Source of the DNA: Vicugna vicugna
Taxonomy: Eukaryota
DNA length: 64,000 bases
Direction: 5' to 3'
NCBI GenBank assembly: GCA_013265495.1
Contig: MU058815.1
Location: 566,523 to 630,522 of the forward strand
Shown here: positions 1-11,600 of the stretch, one piece after another
How positions within the stretch are numbered: position 1 is the first letter of the stretch
Layout of the letters: each line of letters starts with the position of its first letter
Made by a program: the position numbers and the translations under genes
The notes under the pieces: generated by a model
Database searches by the model: none
Seen by the model: only the letters and a program-made list of their open reading frames with translations
What the model was told of the DNA's origin: nothing

Positions 1-1123
1 TAGTTCCCCAAAAGTATGTAGTGTTTTCCATTTAAACAGGCATAAAGGTACCTTAGTGCAATTATCCATGTCAGGTCTTCTTTTCAACTGTGCATTTCCA
101 GGATAAAGACCAGGGTGCCTTTTATGTTTTATATAACTAGACACACTAAGTGCACGTAGAAGATTCCAGATATCAACTAACCCTCCATCAGTCAGTTATG
201 GGGTGCTATATTCCAATAGGTTATCATTGGAAAGTCATTTAAAAGAGGTATTTAGAAATGTAACTACAAATTATTTTCAAGCATTAGATAGAAAGTGTTG
301 ATGACTCACCATAGTTTAAAAAAAAAACCCTCAAAAGTAGGGACAAGGAAACTGAGGACATATTCATATACAAACTTTCATGTCAATGTAGAAATAACTT
401 TAAAACTACATTCATGTTACAGATGTATGGGTACACAAGAATATTCAAATTCTACACACAAGGTGCACAGAAATTAGAAGCAAGAACAGAAAGTTAAGAT
501 TATTTTTAAAACTTGCTGATCCTCCCCAAATATTATTCATTTAAGAATAAGGACTCTAAAAATCCTTTTGGTTTTCTCAATAATTGGATTCTAGAAGGCA
601 AACATAGGTCCAAGTGACTAGTTAAACATTCCACTTCACAAAAAAATCATCCTAAGAAAACCTGAAATGTTTAGTGAACTAATAAAAATCACAAATGCAG
701 CTTCTTTTCTTCCCCAGGAAATGTTACATCCAGGAGGACTTCTCTCAAGACTCACTTGTGGTCAATATCAGGGTATAAGAAGTTACATAACCATAGGGCA
801 GTCTTCAAAAAGACAGCAACAATACATAGAAGTTACTCATTTCTAAAAAAAAGAAATCTTTAATTTTAGTGGCTCTTCTTAGTCATTTTAATTAGCCTAA
901 GGTTGGACAACCCCAGATTTGCTCTCTTAACTGTTTTTTCAAAAAGTCCTCATAGGTCTTGTAATGATATGCCTTGCATCATCACCCCCTGCCAATAAGC
1001 AGCAATATTAAGGTTTAAGCAAATTATCAAAAGAAAACTGAGATTCACTTTAAATGAATGTAAGTTCTATCAGCCCAGAGACTTTTGCCTGTTTGTTCAC
1101 TACACTATTCCTAGCATCTAGAC

Positions 1124-1324
1124 CTGTGCTGTCCAATACTGTAGCCACCAGTCACCATTCAACTATTTAAATATGTATCTAAATTAAATTAAATGAAATG
1201 AAAACTTCAGCCCCTCAGTTGCACTAGCCACATTTCAAGTGCTTAAGAGCCACATGTGGTTAGTAGCTACTGTACCAAACAGCTCAGATAGAGAACACGC
1301 AGAAAGTTCTATTGTACAGCGCAG
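1124..1324 (-). mobile_element. MER3-like hAT-Charlie DNA transposon remnant
   Basis: Has ctgtgctgtccaata...actagccacatttcaagtgct...ccacatgtgg...gcagaaagttctattgtacagcgcag, with internal inverted repeats typical of MER3/MER33. Confidence 0.75.
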
Positions 1325-1987
1325 AGAAATTCAACAAATGTCAAATGAATGAACACCCTCCAAGACTGGCATTTTGATTTCATATTATCTTACACATCTG
1401 AAACAGCTGGTCTTTCAAAAAAAAACCAAAAGAAAACCAACCCTAACTAGTCTTCCTTTAAACATTCACTGAAATAGTTGTATCTTTACAAGACAGAAAA
1501 CGGGACGTATGCGGAATAATGACCAACCTAAAGTATTCGTCTTCCTTTCCAACTCCAGCTCCCGGCCTAAACAAACTCCAGCTCATACAGTTCTCTGCCC
1601 TGTTACCTGCTCCGCAGTTCCAAGGACCCTACTTCCCGAGGATCCCTACAGAATGAGGTTTTCCACTCTATTTTCACCACCCCGCTTTACCGTCAGCCCC
1701 AACGCTGGTTTCTGGGCAGCCTCTCTGCATCTGACAGGACTTAGAGAAGGCCCTGCGTTCGCCAGAGTCCAAAAACCGGGCTCCCGCTTCCGGCTCCCAC
1801 CCGAGCCTCTCCCTACACCCCGTCGCCGGGAAGTGTGTGCGCCCGGGAGCCCTTCCAGCGACGGGCGCCGAGGGTCCGGGCGTGACCCTAGCCAGCCCTG
1901 CCCAGGCCTCCGACCAAAAATCCACTCGAAACGTCCCACTTCCCGGGGGCGAGTGTGGCCCTGGGCCGCGCGCGCCGCCAAGCTCAC

Positions 1988-2044
1988 CTCATACAGCGCC
2001 TGTACCATCTCCACCAGCACCCACTGCTCCGCGACGGCCGCCAT
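1988..2044 (-). CDS. SPTLC1: SPTLC1 (serine palmitoyltransferase long-chain subunit 1) coding exon 1; the gene continues leftward out of the window
   Basis: Translates MAAVAEQWVLVEMVQALYE, matching the SPTLC1 N-terminus as I recall it (human MATATEQWVLVEMVQALYE). It is 57 nt, followed by donor GAG|GTGAGC, inside a CpG island. Exon 2 (APAYHLILEG...) was not found in 1-1987. Confidence 0.95.
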
Positions 2045-2416
2045 AGTTGGCCGCTGGGGATTCCTTCCGGAAGGCGGGTCGCAGGCGCGTCAGACACTGC
2101 GCGGCGCCGCCCAGTGACGTCTGCGCGTCGGGAGGCGGGGCTGCTGGGCACCGCCCTCTCGCGCTTGCGTACTGGGCGGCCGGCGGCTGCTCGGGCTGCT
2201 GAGGGTTCAACGTTCTGACAGGGCGGACGTTGACCTTAGGGTCTCGCTTGGGTTCGCGGAGGGGCGCGAAGCGGCGGCCTCGTGCACACGTTGGGGGCCA
2301 GTAGGTGTCAGACCCGTGCTGGGCTCTCAGGGGGCAGGGATTTTAGTAAATGTCCTTGCGCTTGGCGGGCAGTTGGGTGCGGGGAGTTAATGTAATCGCA
2401 AACATATTTTACTTTT

Positions 2417-3227
2417 TTTATTTTGAGTAGGATCTTTTTTTATTCAGGGGAAAAAAAACCCAAAACAAAAAAGTTTTCCAACCACACACAGGAAGGGTAT
2501 GGGTAGGGGGAGGTGTCCATCCAGCCCTGGCCCCATGCGCGTGTGGTTTTGGCAGCAATAAGGGGTGTGGGGTCATGGCCCCCAAAATAAAAATGTGTGT
2601 GCGCGTAGGAGAGGGGTGCAGTGGGGAGTGCTGGGGGGGAGGGACGGACGGGGTCAGTACTGGGGACGCCGCAGGTGGGAGGCCATTGCACAGCGCTTCT
2701 TGTTGATTCTACCACCGTGGACACCGTCCTTGCGCATCAGCAGGACTAGCGTCTTGGCTGTCGTGGTGACAGTGATGAAGGTGGGGGCCCCGCCGGTGCT
2801 CTTGGCACGAAGATCCATGGTGAGTTCCGCGTCCTGCAGCAGTGAGTCCCCGATCACAGAGCATTTCTGGCCCCCAAGCGTTAGCCCGTTCACGAAAACA
2901 CTTGCCCGGTCTTTGCCAACCAGGACACCAACCTCAGCAGGCGTGACGTCAAGGCGGGTTTTCCCGGGGACGGCGGCCCAGACGGAGGGCGAGCCCTTAC
3001 GGCCCGGGATGGCCGCGTCCCGACAGGTCCCGTCCGCCGGGGGGTTGTCGGTGCATGAGGTTGTCGGGGCAGGCGTTCCACCCGGCCGGGGCGCGGCTGC
3101 TGGGGCTGCTCTCGGGCGGCTGCTGGGGCCGCGGGCCGGCGGGCGGGGGAAGGCGGAGAGCTTGGGGCACGCGCTGCCGGCCGGGCCGCGGCTCTGCTCG
3201 CTGTGCAGCCGCTCTCGCACCGCCGCT
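2417..3227 (-). pseudogene. PFN1: PFN1 (profilin-1) processed pseudogene, near full-length mRNA copy
   Basis: Intronless profilin-1 frame (...[10 protein letters not shown]...[10 protein letters not shown]...[15 protein letters not shown]...[10 protein letters not shown], stop at 2654-2656). Has the 5'UTR, the complete 3'UTR with AATAAA, and an A-tail remnant. TSD ACATATTTTACTTTT (2402-2416) / ACGTATTTTACTTTT (3230-3244) lies at a TT/AAAA L1-endonuclease site. The ATG is mutated to CCG (3087-3089), and a 16-nt tandem duplication (3038-3069) frameshifts the N-terminus. Confidence 0.95.
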
Positions 3228-3767
3228 AGACGTATTTTACTTTTAAATTACAGAAGTGATCTAGGAATGTATCATCAAAAAAAAAAAAAAGCTAGCTCCC
3301 ATGTAACACCGTGCATAAGGCATAGCCTAAGGCTTTGCGGGGTATTAAGTCGTGTAAGTCTGGTGTGCAACCTTCAAGAGCCTACGTAAGCAAACGTGGT
3401 GTGCACAAACACTTCGGTTGGATTTCTTAAATATAACTCGGAAAATAGGGACAATAGTCTACAACTTGCTTTTTTTCGGCTATAAATCTCGTGTTTTTAA
3501 TCAGTGAAGAAGCCTGTTTCTTGTGATAATTTGTTGTGTGTGTTTCTCATTCCGTTTTATTTAACATTGGTGAACATTTAGGTTTCGCCCACTTTTTCAC
3601 CTATTACAATGCCGTGGGGAACATCAGTGTGCATATGCCTTTCTGTGTATGCTGGGGTAGTTTCTGACAATATTACTCAAAGAATATGCATGTTGTTAAT
3701 GTTGATAAATACCGCCATACTGCTGTCCAGCATGGCTCAAACCAGTTTAAAACGTTAGAAAGTGTAT

Positions 3768-4278
3768 TATGAATTAAAAATATTGCCTGCCTTATCAGTA
3801 AACAAAGGCTGCTGCGGCCATCAAGTCATCGTCCACTGCTGCTGCACCCCAGGGTCAGCCAGGGGGACCTCAGGATGAAAACATGCAGGCAGCCGGGCCT
3901 CTGCAGCCACCCCCAAAGGTGCCCCTTGAGGGAACTCAGGATGGGAAGGAAAGGGATATGGCCCTACATACCTCAGTGCATATCAAAGGAATGTTTTCAG
4001 TGAACGCAGACTTTTGCATCTTCCCTTTGTAAAAAAGTGCTAAATTCCTTAGCTTGAGATACATGGTTTTCTTTAGTTAACAATAATCTTTTGATGTTCT
4101 GACTATCTGGTCTTTTTTTGCAAAAGTGCCTCTATACCCTGGCCCCTCCCTTACCTCTTAAGAGAGGTCCCTCAGAGCCATCTGAGAGGCTGTCGTCCTG
4201 GGCTTAAGTCCTTAGAAATGTGTGCCTAGTAGAACATCACTCTCAACTTCTGGGGTGTGCACTTTTTTCAGCTGACTA
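3768..4278 (+). mobile_element. ERV-class solo LTR
   Basis: About 500 bp. Homologous to 4722-4992 and, in reverse complement, to 62553-63053 (shared atcagtaaacaaag start and ctcaactt...tgtgc...ttttcag..gac end). Confidence 0.75.
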
Positions 4279-4721
4279 TCCACACTGTAGCCGTGATGGA
4301 TGTTATTAGTCTTTTAACATTTTTGGCCAATTTAACGGAGATAAAATGATGCCTCGCTGAGTTTAATTTTCCACACTGCTGACTATTCATGTTTATTCTT
4401 ACATGTTTCTTAGTATTTGTAGTCCTTTTGTGAATCATCAACCCACACTCCTCGCCCATTTTTCTATTAGTTATTTTTCACTTTCCAGTGGATTTATAAG
4501 AGCTCTTCATACATCTTGAATATCTTATATTTTCCTATTTCACGTCTGACAATTATTTTTGCCCAGTTTCTGTCTAGCTGTTTATGGTGTCTTTTTTCAT
4601 ACCTACATTTTAAATTTTATGGAATGTGTCAGTCAGTTCCTTTATTGCCTGTGGGCCTGTGCCTTGCTTAGAAAGGCCATCTTCACCGCACTTGCGTTTT
4701 CCTGCCATGCTGCAATAAGTT

Positions 4722-4992
4722 TGTCGTTCAGTGAGCCCAGACTTTTGCACCTTGCCATACGTAGAAGATCAGTAAATTCATCGATTTGAGATGTCTGGTT
4801 TTCTGTAATTAGTAGTAATCTTTTAATGTTCTGATTAAATGGTTTTTGTTGCATAACCTCCTATATACCCTGGCTCCTCTTTGGAGCAGCCCCTTAGAGC
4901 TATCTGCCTCCTGGGCTTGAGTCCTCAGAAAGCCTGCAGAATAAAATGTAATTCTCAACTTTTAGGCTGTGCTTCTTTTTTTTCAGTCAACA
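4722..4992 (+). mobile_element. 3' half of a second LTR of the same family
   Basis: Colinear similarity to ~3995-4278 (ttcagtga.c.cagacttttgca...ctata..ccctggc...ctgggctt.agtcct.agaaa). Has a TATA-like ctatata, AATAAA, and ends ...gtcaaca. Confidence 0.75.
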
Positions 4993-4994
4993 AC

Positions 4995-6100
4995 CCTGAC
5001 ATCTCCTTGAGTGGCAGCACTCAGGACCCAGACACTGGGTTTATAATTTGCTCCAGTTATTAACCATTGTTTTTCTTTTGTCGCCATAGAAATGCCTCTT
5101 ATTAAACACCTGATTGCTCACACCCTATACCTAACTTTGAGAGCTCACCTGCCTCACCGCTTCCTGAGGTAAGTAACTGAACCGACCCACTGTCAGGACT
5201 AAGAGGCTGGTTCAACAAGGTAGAAAGCAATCTATCAACTAAACTTCTGGACTGTGAAGACTACTTAAGAGAAGTTCCGAAGGCCTCACTGCAGAGGAGC
5301 AAAATTTATCACCCCACAATGTCTCTTTGGCTTGCAGATTACTGTGAGCTGAAAACAATTGAAGCCAAAAGACTTGGGAAGAAACTTTGACCATCCTCCT
5401 AGCTACCTGAAGAATGTCGCAGTAAGTTTTCTATCACCACAGATAACGAAGTAAGAACTGGGTGTGCAGACAGGGAGGAACCTAGCAAGGTCTGTTTGTC
5501 AAAGTTCCTCTCTGTGTCCCGCTGCCTCTGCCTGGTCCAGCAAACATTTGTTTGCCAAACATTTGCTTTTCATTCTCCCCTTTGCAGTCCCAAACCACTA
5601 CCCTCCAAGTCCTGTTTTGTCTCTAGCTGAAGATGGTCTTTAAGGGGATGGTTTCAGCCATTTGGGTGAGTTACTCAGTTACCCTGGGTCTCTCCCACAC
5701 AGACAGGTTATTAAACTTCCGTACAATTTTCTCCTGTTAATCTATTTCATGCCAATTTGATTCTGAGACTCATCAGAAGAATCTAAAGAGGTAGAGGAAA
5801 ATCTCTTCCTCCTGACAGAGTGAACCTACAGAATCCTAGACACCCTACCCTTGGACCCTAGCAAAGGCTGAGTTCCAGGTTCTCCTTCTATTTCTCTGTC
5901 CCTCTCCCTCCCATGACTTCACAGTGTCACCCTGGAGCACACTGTGTGCCCTCCAAGACCTATGAGTAATAAATCTTGCTCCTCAAAGTTCCCGGATGGT
6001 TTTTGCTGAAGTGCATCCTGCAATCTTAGTAAGAATCACAAGGGCTGGACCAGTCACACCATTGGCTCAGGTCAGGGAATCTGTGGGGGCTGGCTACTAT
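4995..6100 (+). mobile_element. Nested older ERV1-type LTR fragments (MER21/MER34/MER39-like)
   Basis: LTR-like motifs (gcaaaatttatcacccc..atgtctctttggc..gattact.tgagctgaa; attaaactt...ttttctcctgttaatct; agtaataaa). The family assignment is from memory and tentative. Confidence 0.5.
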
Positions 6101-6164
6101 ACAGGCCCTGGGCAAGTGTCTCAGGCATCCTTAATCAAGAGCTTCACTATCAATAGACTAATAC

Positions 6165-6166
<2 letters not shown>

Positions 6167-6199
<33 letters not shown>
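6167..6199. repeat. (CA)n microsatellite
   Basis: Directly visible. Confidence 0.95.
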
Positions 6200-6201
<2 letters not shown>

Positions 6202-7959
6202 GCATTATACATAGTAATGTTAAACATTTTAAAATTTAGTCTTCTGGGTACTAGGTACGTTCTTCCAAGCTGAAGAATGATGTCTTTCTTCAGTTTTTGA
6301 ACAACTGCTTTGACTACTTCTGCCTCATTATTTATGTTATCTTTTGTGGAAAAAAATTATTTTTGGGAGAAAATATTTGCAAGCTACATAACTGATGAGA
6401 GATTAACATCCAAACTATATAAAGATCTCCTACAACTGAACAACAGCAAAAACAAGCAACCCAGTTAAAAATGGGCGAAGGACTTGAACAGACATTTCTT
6501 GTCCCCAAGCACATAAAAGGATGCTTGATGCTACTGAGTTACACACTTAAAAGTGGTTACAGTGGTAAATTTTGTTGTGTGTGTGTGTTTTGCCACAATG
6601 AAGAACTCCTTTTTCTTTATGTGTATATGTTTATCTTTTATATAAATTAACTTTCTGCCCAAATTTCCACTTTTTGCTCCACTTTTCTGCTTCATTTTGG
6701 TAAAAATCCTGGTGTCAGTATTCTGGTCCACCATGCGTCTTTGTTCTGCTTGTGTTGTTGGTTGACAATTCATGATAGACTCCTTTGCTGGAAGTCATTC
6801 CCTTGAGAAGCTGGGAGGTATCGCTCTGCTGCTAATGAGAAGCCTGATGCCGTCTTTCCATGGATCCTTTTTATGTGACCTGTCCTTCTGTCCCTCCTTG
6901 TAGGAGATTTAGGAGCTTTCTGGTTTTTCACTTTCCTTTAGCTTTGCAATAGTACAACGAGTTGCGGGCCTTTTTATAATCAGTATGTTGGAAGCTGGAG
7001 GGAATCTTTCAATCAGGTAGATCACGTCCTTTGGGGAGTTTTCTTCTGTTATGTCTTAGTTTGCTCCCTCACCACCTTTTCCCGCGTGCTGTCTTTCTGG
7101 AATTCAAGTATTTGCATCGTGCAGTTCCTAAGCTGCTTCTCTCATCCATGTGTCTTTTGTCCCTGTTTTCTCTCTCTTTGCTTTTTTGTTCTACTTCCCA
7201 GGACGTTGCTTTATCTTTCAAGATTTTTAGTACCTTCTTTCAGTTCTGCTTCCATATTTTTAATTCCAAAGAGGTCTTCCTTGTTAACTGGGGATGTTCC
7301 TTCGTACGGCATAAGGCTCTTGCCTCATGAATGCAACATATTCTTATTTTTCTAAAAATATTCATTGTATTTTTCCTTCTTCATTTCACAGTAACCCTGT
7401 TTCCCCAAATTATTTTTGTAAGCTTTTAATTTTATGATAGTTTTAGATTTATAGACAAGTTGTGAAGATCATACAGAGAGTTCTGCATAACTCACAACCG
7501 GGTCCCCTGTCGTTAAACAGCTTACACTAGTGTCACAACTGAAAAGCCAAGTTCTTTCAGTTCTTTGTTTTGGTGCTTTTCTTTCACGTTAAAGGCTTTT
7601 TTCCAACTCTGTGGTGACTCTCAGGTAAGTATTTATATTTAAGAGTTAGGAAGATCCTGATTTATAAAGTAAATGGGTTTTCACTGGGCTTTAATAAAGC
7701 CTTCTCAGAGACTATGGTAAAGTCTGTCACTATGTTAACATTCACTTTATTCAGTGTCTCTGTGTGGGCAGGAGTCCAAGGTAGGAAAAAAATAAAATTT
7801 TAGAAAATGTTTTTAGATTTTCGAAGTATTTTTCCAAGTATACTAGAAATTAATACCCGATATGATCAAATAGAAGTAATATCTAAGGAAAAATGATTAA
7901 TAGGGAAAACGGGACAAGTTTAAAGTAAAGTTTTAGGGTGCCCTAAAGCAAAGCCTTTG

Positions 7960-8260
7960 TGTCTCCTCGCCCCTGTATCTGCACTCACGTCCATTTCTAT
8001 TCCGGACCTCTGAAACTCAGATCCAAACATCCACCTGCCTGTGGGACATCTCCATGTGGGGATCTAGCAACCGCTTTCAAACTTGCTCACCTTCAGTCTT
8101 CCCCGTCTTAGAAAATGGTGATGCCGTTCACCCAGCGGTTCCAGTTAATGACCTTGGAGCATCCTTGATCCACCGTTCTCTCCCACCCCACAGCGGGAAG
8201 TCCTATCCACTCTACCTTCAAGGGATGTCTCTGGCAGGACGGCTCCCCGCTTCGTCCAAC
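7960..8260. mobile_element. L2 remnant
   Basis: atcca.ctgcct..ggacatctccatgtgg.gatct...cagtcttccccgtct.ag.aaatgg...ttggagcatccttga is typical L2 sequence. Confidence 0.55.
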
Positions 8261-8441
8261 TCACCTGTGATGGTGTCAGTGTCAGTTTCACCCAGGCTGT
8301 CAGTGCTCTGGCATGAAGGTGACAAGTCACTTCTACTCACGTGGCAAAGGAGTGTGACCTTACCCCATGTCTGGAAAAGAGCCAGAAGCATTTAGTGAAT
8401 AGCAAAAGGCTCTGATGCCTGGCACACAAGTTCTTAAGACC

Positions 8442-8604
8442 GAATCTGCCTGGCAGGGGAGATACATGATCACAAAGGTGGTTTTCCCAGGGCAAGCCTT
8501 ATCCATCGCACTCCGGACGTGCTGACCCCTGTGATGTTCCCAAACGTGGGAAACTTGACCACATGATTTGTGGTTGTGGGGGACTGAGTTCGCGCTTTCC
8601 CCTG
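8442..8604 (+). ncRNA. RNU1: U1 snRNA copy (pseudogene or variant) with a degenerate 5' end
   Basis: Colinear with U1 from cctggcaggggagatac to gttcgcgctttcccctg. The Sm site ATTTGTG is kept. The 5' splice-site-pairing end is altered (gaatctgcctg vs ATACTTACCTG), as are the loop I (gatcacaaag) and loop II (atcgcac) motifs. Confidence 0.93.
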
Positions 8605-11600
8605 ATTTTGCGGTGCAGAAAGTAGAGCTGTTGTGTGTCCTTTTGCTTTCCTGTGCGGGCACCCCTCGGCTTTACACTTAGTGGCGAGCTCTTGCCCATT
8701 CTTCCCGGGGTCGTAGGCTCACTGTGTGTACCACTCCTTTTTGTTCTATAGGCAGTTTTTGGATCACTCACCAAAGGTCTCCTCACGACTCCTGGCGGAC
8801 ATGAACAGAAGCTGCCCACCCGTGGCACCGTTTCGGGTCGCTTTGCAGCAATTGCTCAAGTTTTTACTTACTTAAATTAAATCAAGTCGTGGCTGCAAGC
8901 ATGTGGTACACCACACTGCCCTCACTCAACGCCTTGGCCACCAGGAAGCCATCGTCCCTGCCCAGCAGTCCAGAGCGCCTGCGGCTGCAGGGCACGAAGG
9001 GCATTCAGAAGCCGCCAAGTTCAAGTTCAGCCATTTTTCAGAGGGAACAACTCCGGGCTGGAAGGAGAGGGGATAAAGGTCCCTGTTCAAGGGCACCCAG
9101 CTAGTTAGAGACGGCGACATGTTGTGAAAGAAAAGCAATTGTCCGCCTCTTGGTTTTATGGTAACAGATTTTGTTTTATTATATTGACATTGTGTTAATT
9201 TGTAATTTCCTTTTTTTCTAGGAGTTGCAGTTACTTCCTGTGGTCTGGCTGCCACCCATCCAGGTACAGAGAAGCAGGGGTAAATCAGTTGTGTGGACTA
9301 GCACCCCTGAACCCTTCACCGTCTCTTAGGAGGCCTGTTAGAGTCAGTGCGTTTTCTCTGGTCCTCTGAGTAGGAGCTGATGGATTGGCGTTGCCCTGGG
9401 GAGCCCTGGGGCAGAGGCCACCCCAGTTCTGAGGTCACCGCGAAGACCCAAGGTCAGGAGTCCTGGGTCCTAAGCAAATTTCTGCCTCTGTTCCCTACAA
9501 TGAGTAAAATATAAACATTCTTTCGGATGACTATTGTTAGTGTTTAAGGAGAATCAGTCTTCTCTTAATCAGCGATCTTTAGTATTTACACTGAGCATCT
9601 AAAGAGAATATCTTTATAATGAGCTCAAAGGCCATAAAAGATAAATATCTGGAGTGCAGACAATGATCCTCGTGGCCTAACTTCTCTTGAGGGTTCACTG
9701 AGGCAAGTGGGGGAGCCCCGAATGGGCCCGGTGTGACCCTGCGTGAGCTGGCCGCGTCTGGGCTGGAGACAGCAGGGCAGCGCTTGGAGTTCCAGGTGTG
9801 AGCACCGGGCCCTCATGTGCCTGGGCCCCCAGGGAGACTCACCGCAGCAGCAGTCATGGACCTTCATCGCCCAGATGGACCGTTGCTCAGTGTGTCTGAC
9901 CCTGAATCGCCAGGCACCGCAGCTGACCCGACGCCAGCCATTCCTGGCCGGATCTGCCCTGGCTTCCGCGGGAGAACTTCACTCCACCTCCTGCGGAGAA
10001 CTGAGTTTTACCTGCTTGAAAGTATGAACACCATTCTGTTCTTTCCAAGGAAACAAAATTTAGTCAAAATCAAACGGCCAAAAGAAGGCACAACTATCTA
10101 ATTTCAGGGGGAAGGGAAGAAAGAATGAAGATCTGGCATGTGCATCCCCGTAACTCCTCATTACAGCCTCAGCAGTGACACAAGAGCAGAACTCGTCGTG
10201 CGGGGGTCCAGACCAGGAGAGAGCCGTGAGCTTGTGTTGGTCAGGAACAAATTTCCTGGCACAGAAAGACTTAAGCTGGGCCTTTTAAGGAGGAGGAGGA
10301 CGAGCTGAGAAGGGTTTTCAGGAGACGGGAACAGCGTGAGCAAAGGCACGAGGCTGGGAGGGGCATTTTCCACCCAGCACAGTCAGTGACCTTCCCCGGT
10401 GACTGTGAAGACGAGAAATCAGAGCTCTCATGTCCTACCGGTGGTCAGGGGATGCCCAGGTGTCCCCTCTTCCTGTTCCACTGGTTGAGACGAATGGCTT
10501 GCATTTGTCATTCTGGGAGCAGCTTTTCACAGGCGGTGAGCGTTTCCATTTCAGTGACCCACGATCACACATTAGCAGTCCTTACCAGTTCTGTACATCA
10601 GAGTTAAGTATAAAATTACACACGTATTCATGTCTGCACACCACTGCATACACACGTGCATCCGTGTCCGTGTATGTGTGTGTCCTGACGCGCTGCTATG
10701 AATATTCCCAGGGGAATGAGATGTGCTGATACAGAGAAGTTCTGCTGTAGTATCTTCCTCTCTTCCTCACTTCTTTTCCTCTCTTTTTCCGTCTATTACA
10801 TTTCTTTATTAGATGAAGACCCTGAAAGAAAGGAATCTCATCGGTCCTCCATGTTCGATTGTCAAGGAGCCCGGGCTCTGGATCCAGCTTAGGTTCCAGG
10901 TGGGATGAGTTCATGGAATATATTTTTAAAACATTAAGTTTGAGTCTTTCAGGAGAGCTGCAGTGGGGGCAGGAGGCCACAGTCCCCCAACTGGGAGCCC
11001 AGTTGGCCGGGTCTGGGCTGCTGTCCTAGCTTGAAGGCTCTCAGCACATTAAAAAAAAAAATGCCTCTGCGTTCTTAGTTTCTCATTTGCACCACAGGAA
11101 TGACTGTGTCCTCTTAGATTATCATGAAGATAAAATGGTTTCATAACTATGAAGCACCTGGTGCAGTGACAGACAGTAATAACTGGCAGTTGTTGTCATT
11201 GGAGAAGTTCCAGTTTTACTGGGGATGGAAGGGCAGGGGAGCCATTACCAGAAAGTTGGAGGATGCATTCAGAGCCAGCTCAGGGAGTGACCAGGTGACC
11301 AGCCTGGGTCTCCAGCTGAGAAGGGTCAGGCATGCATTCCAGTGGCTTCATCCGGGTGTTCTAGGCTGGAGAAAGCAGTCACAGGTGCTCTGAACAAAAC
11401 TACGATCAGAGCGTAATGCAAAAGATCTCCAGGTCATGGTTCTGCTCTCACCTCCCTTCTCCCTCCCACATCAACAAGAAAGGTTTAAAAGGAAGGCGGC
11501 AGAGAGTTGGCACAGGTGGCTTTGTCACAGTGAACAAGTGTGACCTGTCGGTGGCTGCGCTCCCTCCTGTGCTGGGTGCTTCACGTCCCTGGGTGAGTGT

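Larger units (their letters stand above)
1640..3230. promoter_or_regulatory. CpG island / SPTLC1 promoter, extended by the CpG-rich PFN1 retrocopy
   Basis: Dense CpG and high GC. Contains the palindromic double ETS/GABP-type site CCTTCCGGAAGG at 2063-2074, CRE-like TGACGTCT at 2115-2122, and GC box GAGGCGGGG near 2133. Confidence 0.85.

Noticed and set aside
2654..3220. 188-aa ORF as a functional profilin retrogene
   Set aside because: It starts at GTG. The true ATG is mutated, the N-terminal helix (AGWNAY) is out of frame, and there are many radical substitutions.
1509..3389. Long ORFs on both strands over the CpG island (202, 274, 132 aa)
   Set aside because: GC-rich stop-poor sequence; they are antisense or read-through frames of SPTLC1 exon 1 and the PFN1 copy.
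8889..10101. GC-rich short ORFs and a 42-nt exon-like segment (~9222-9263)
   Set aside because: No recognisable homology. It could be a 5'UTR exon or promoter, but the sequence alone does not support that.
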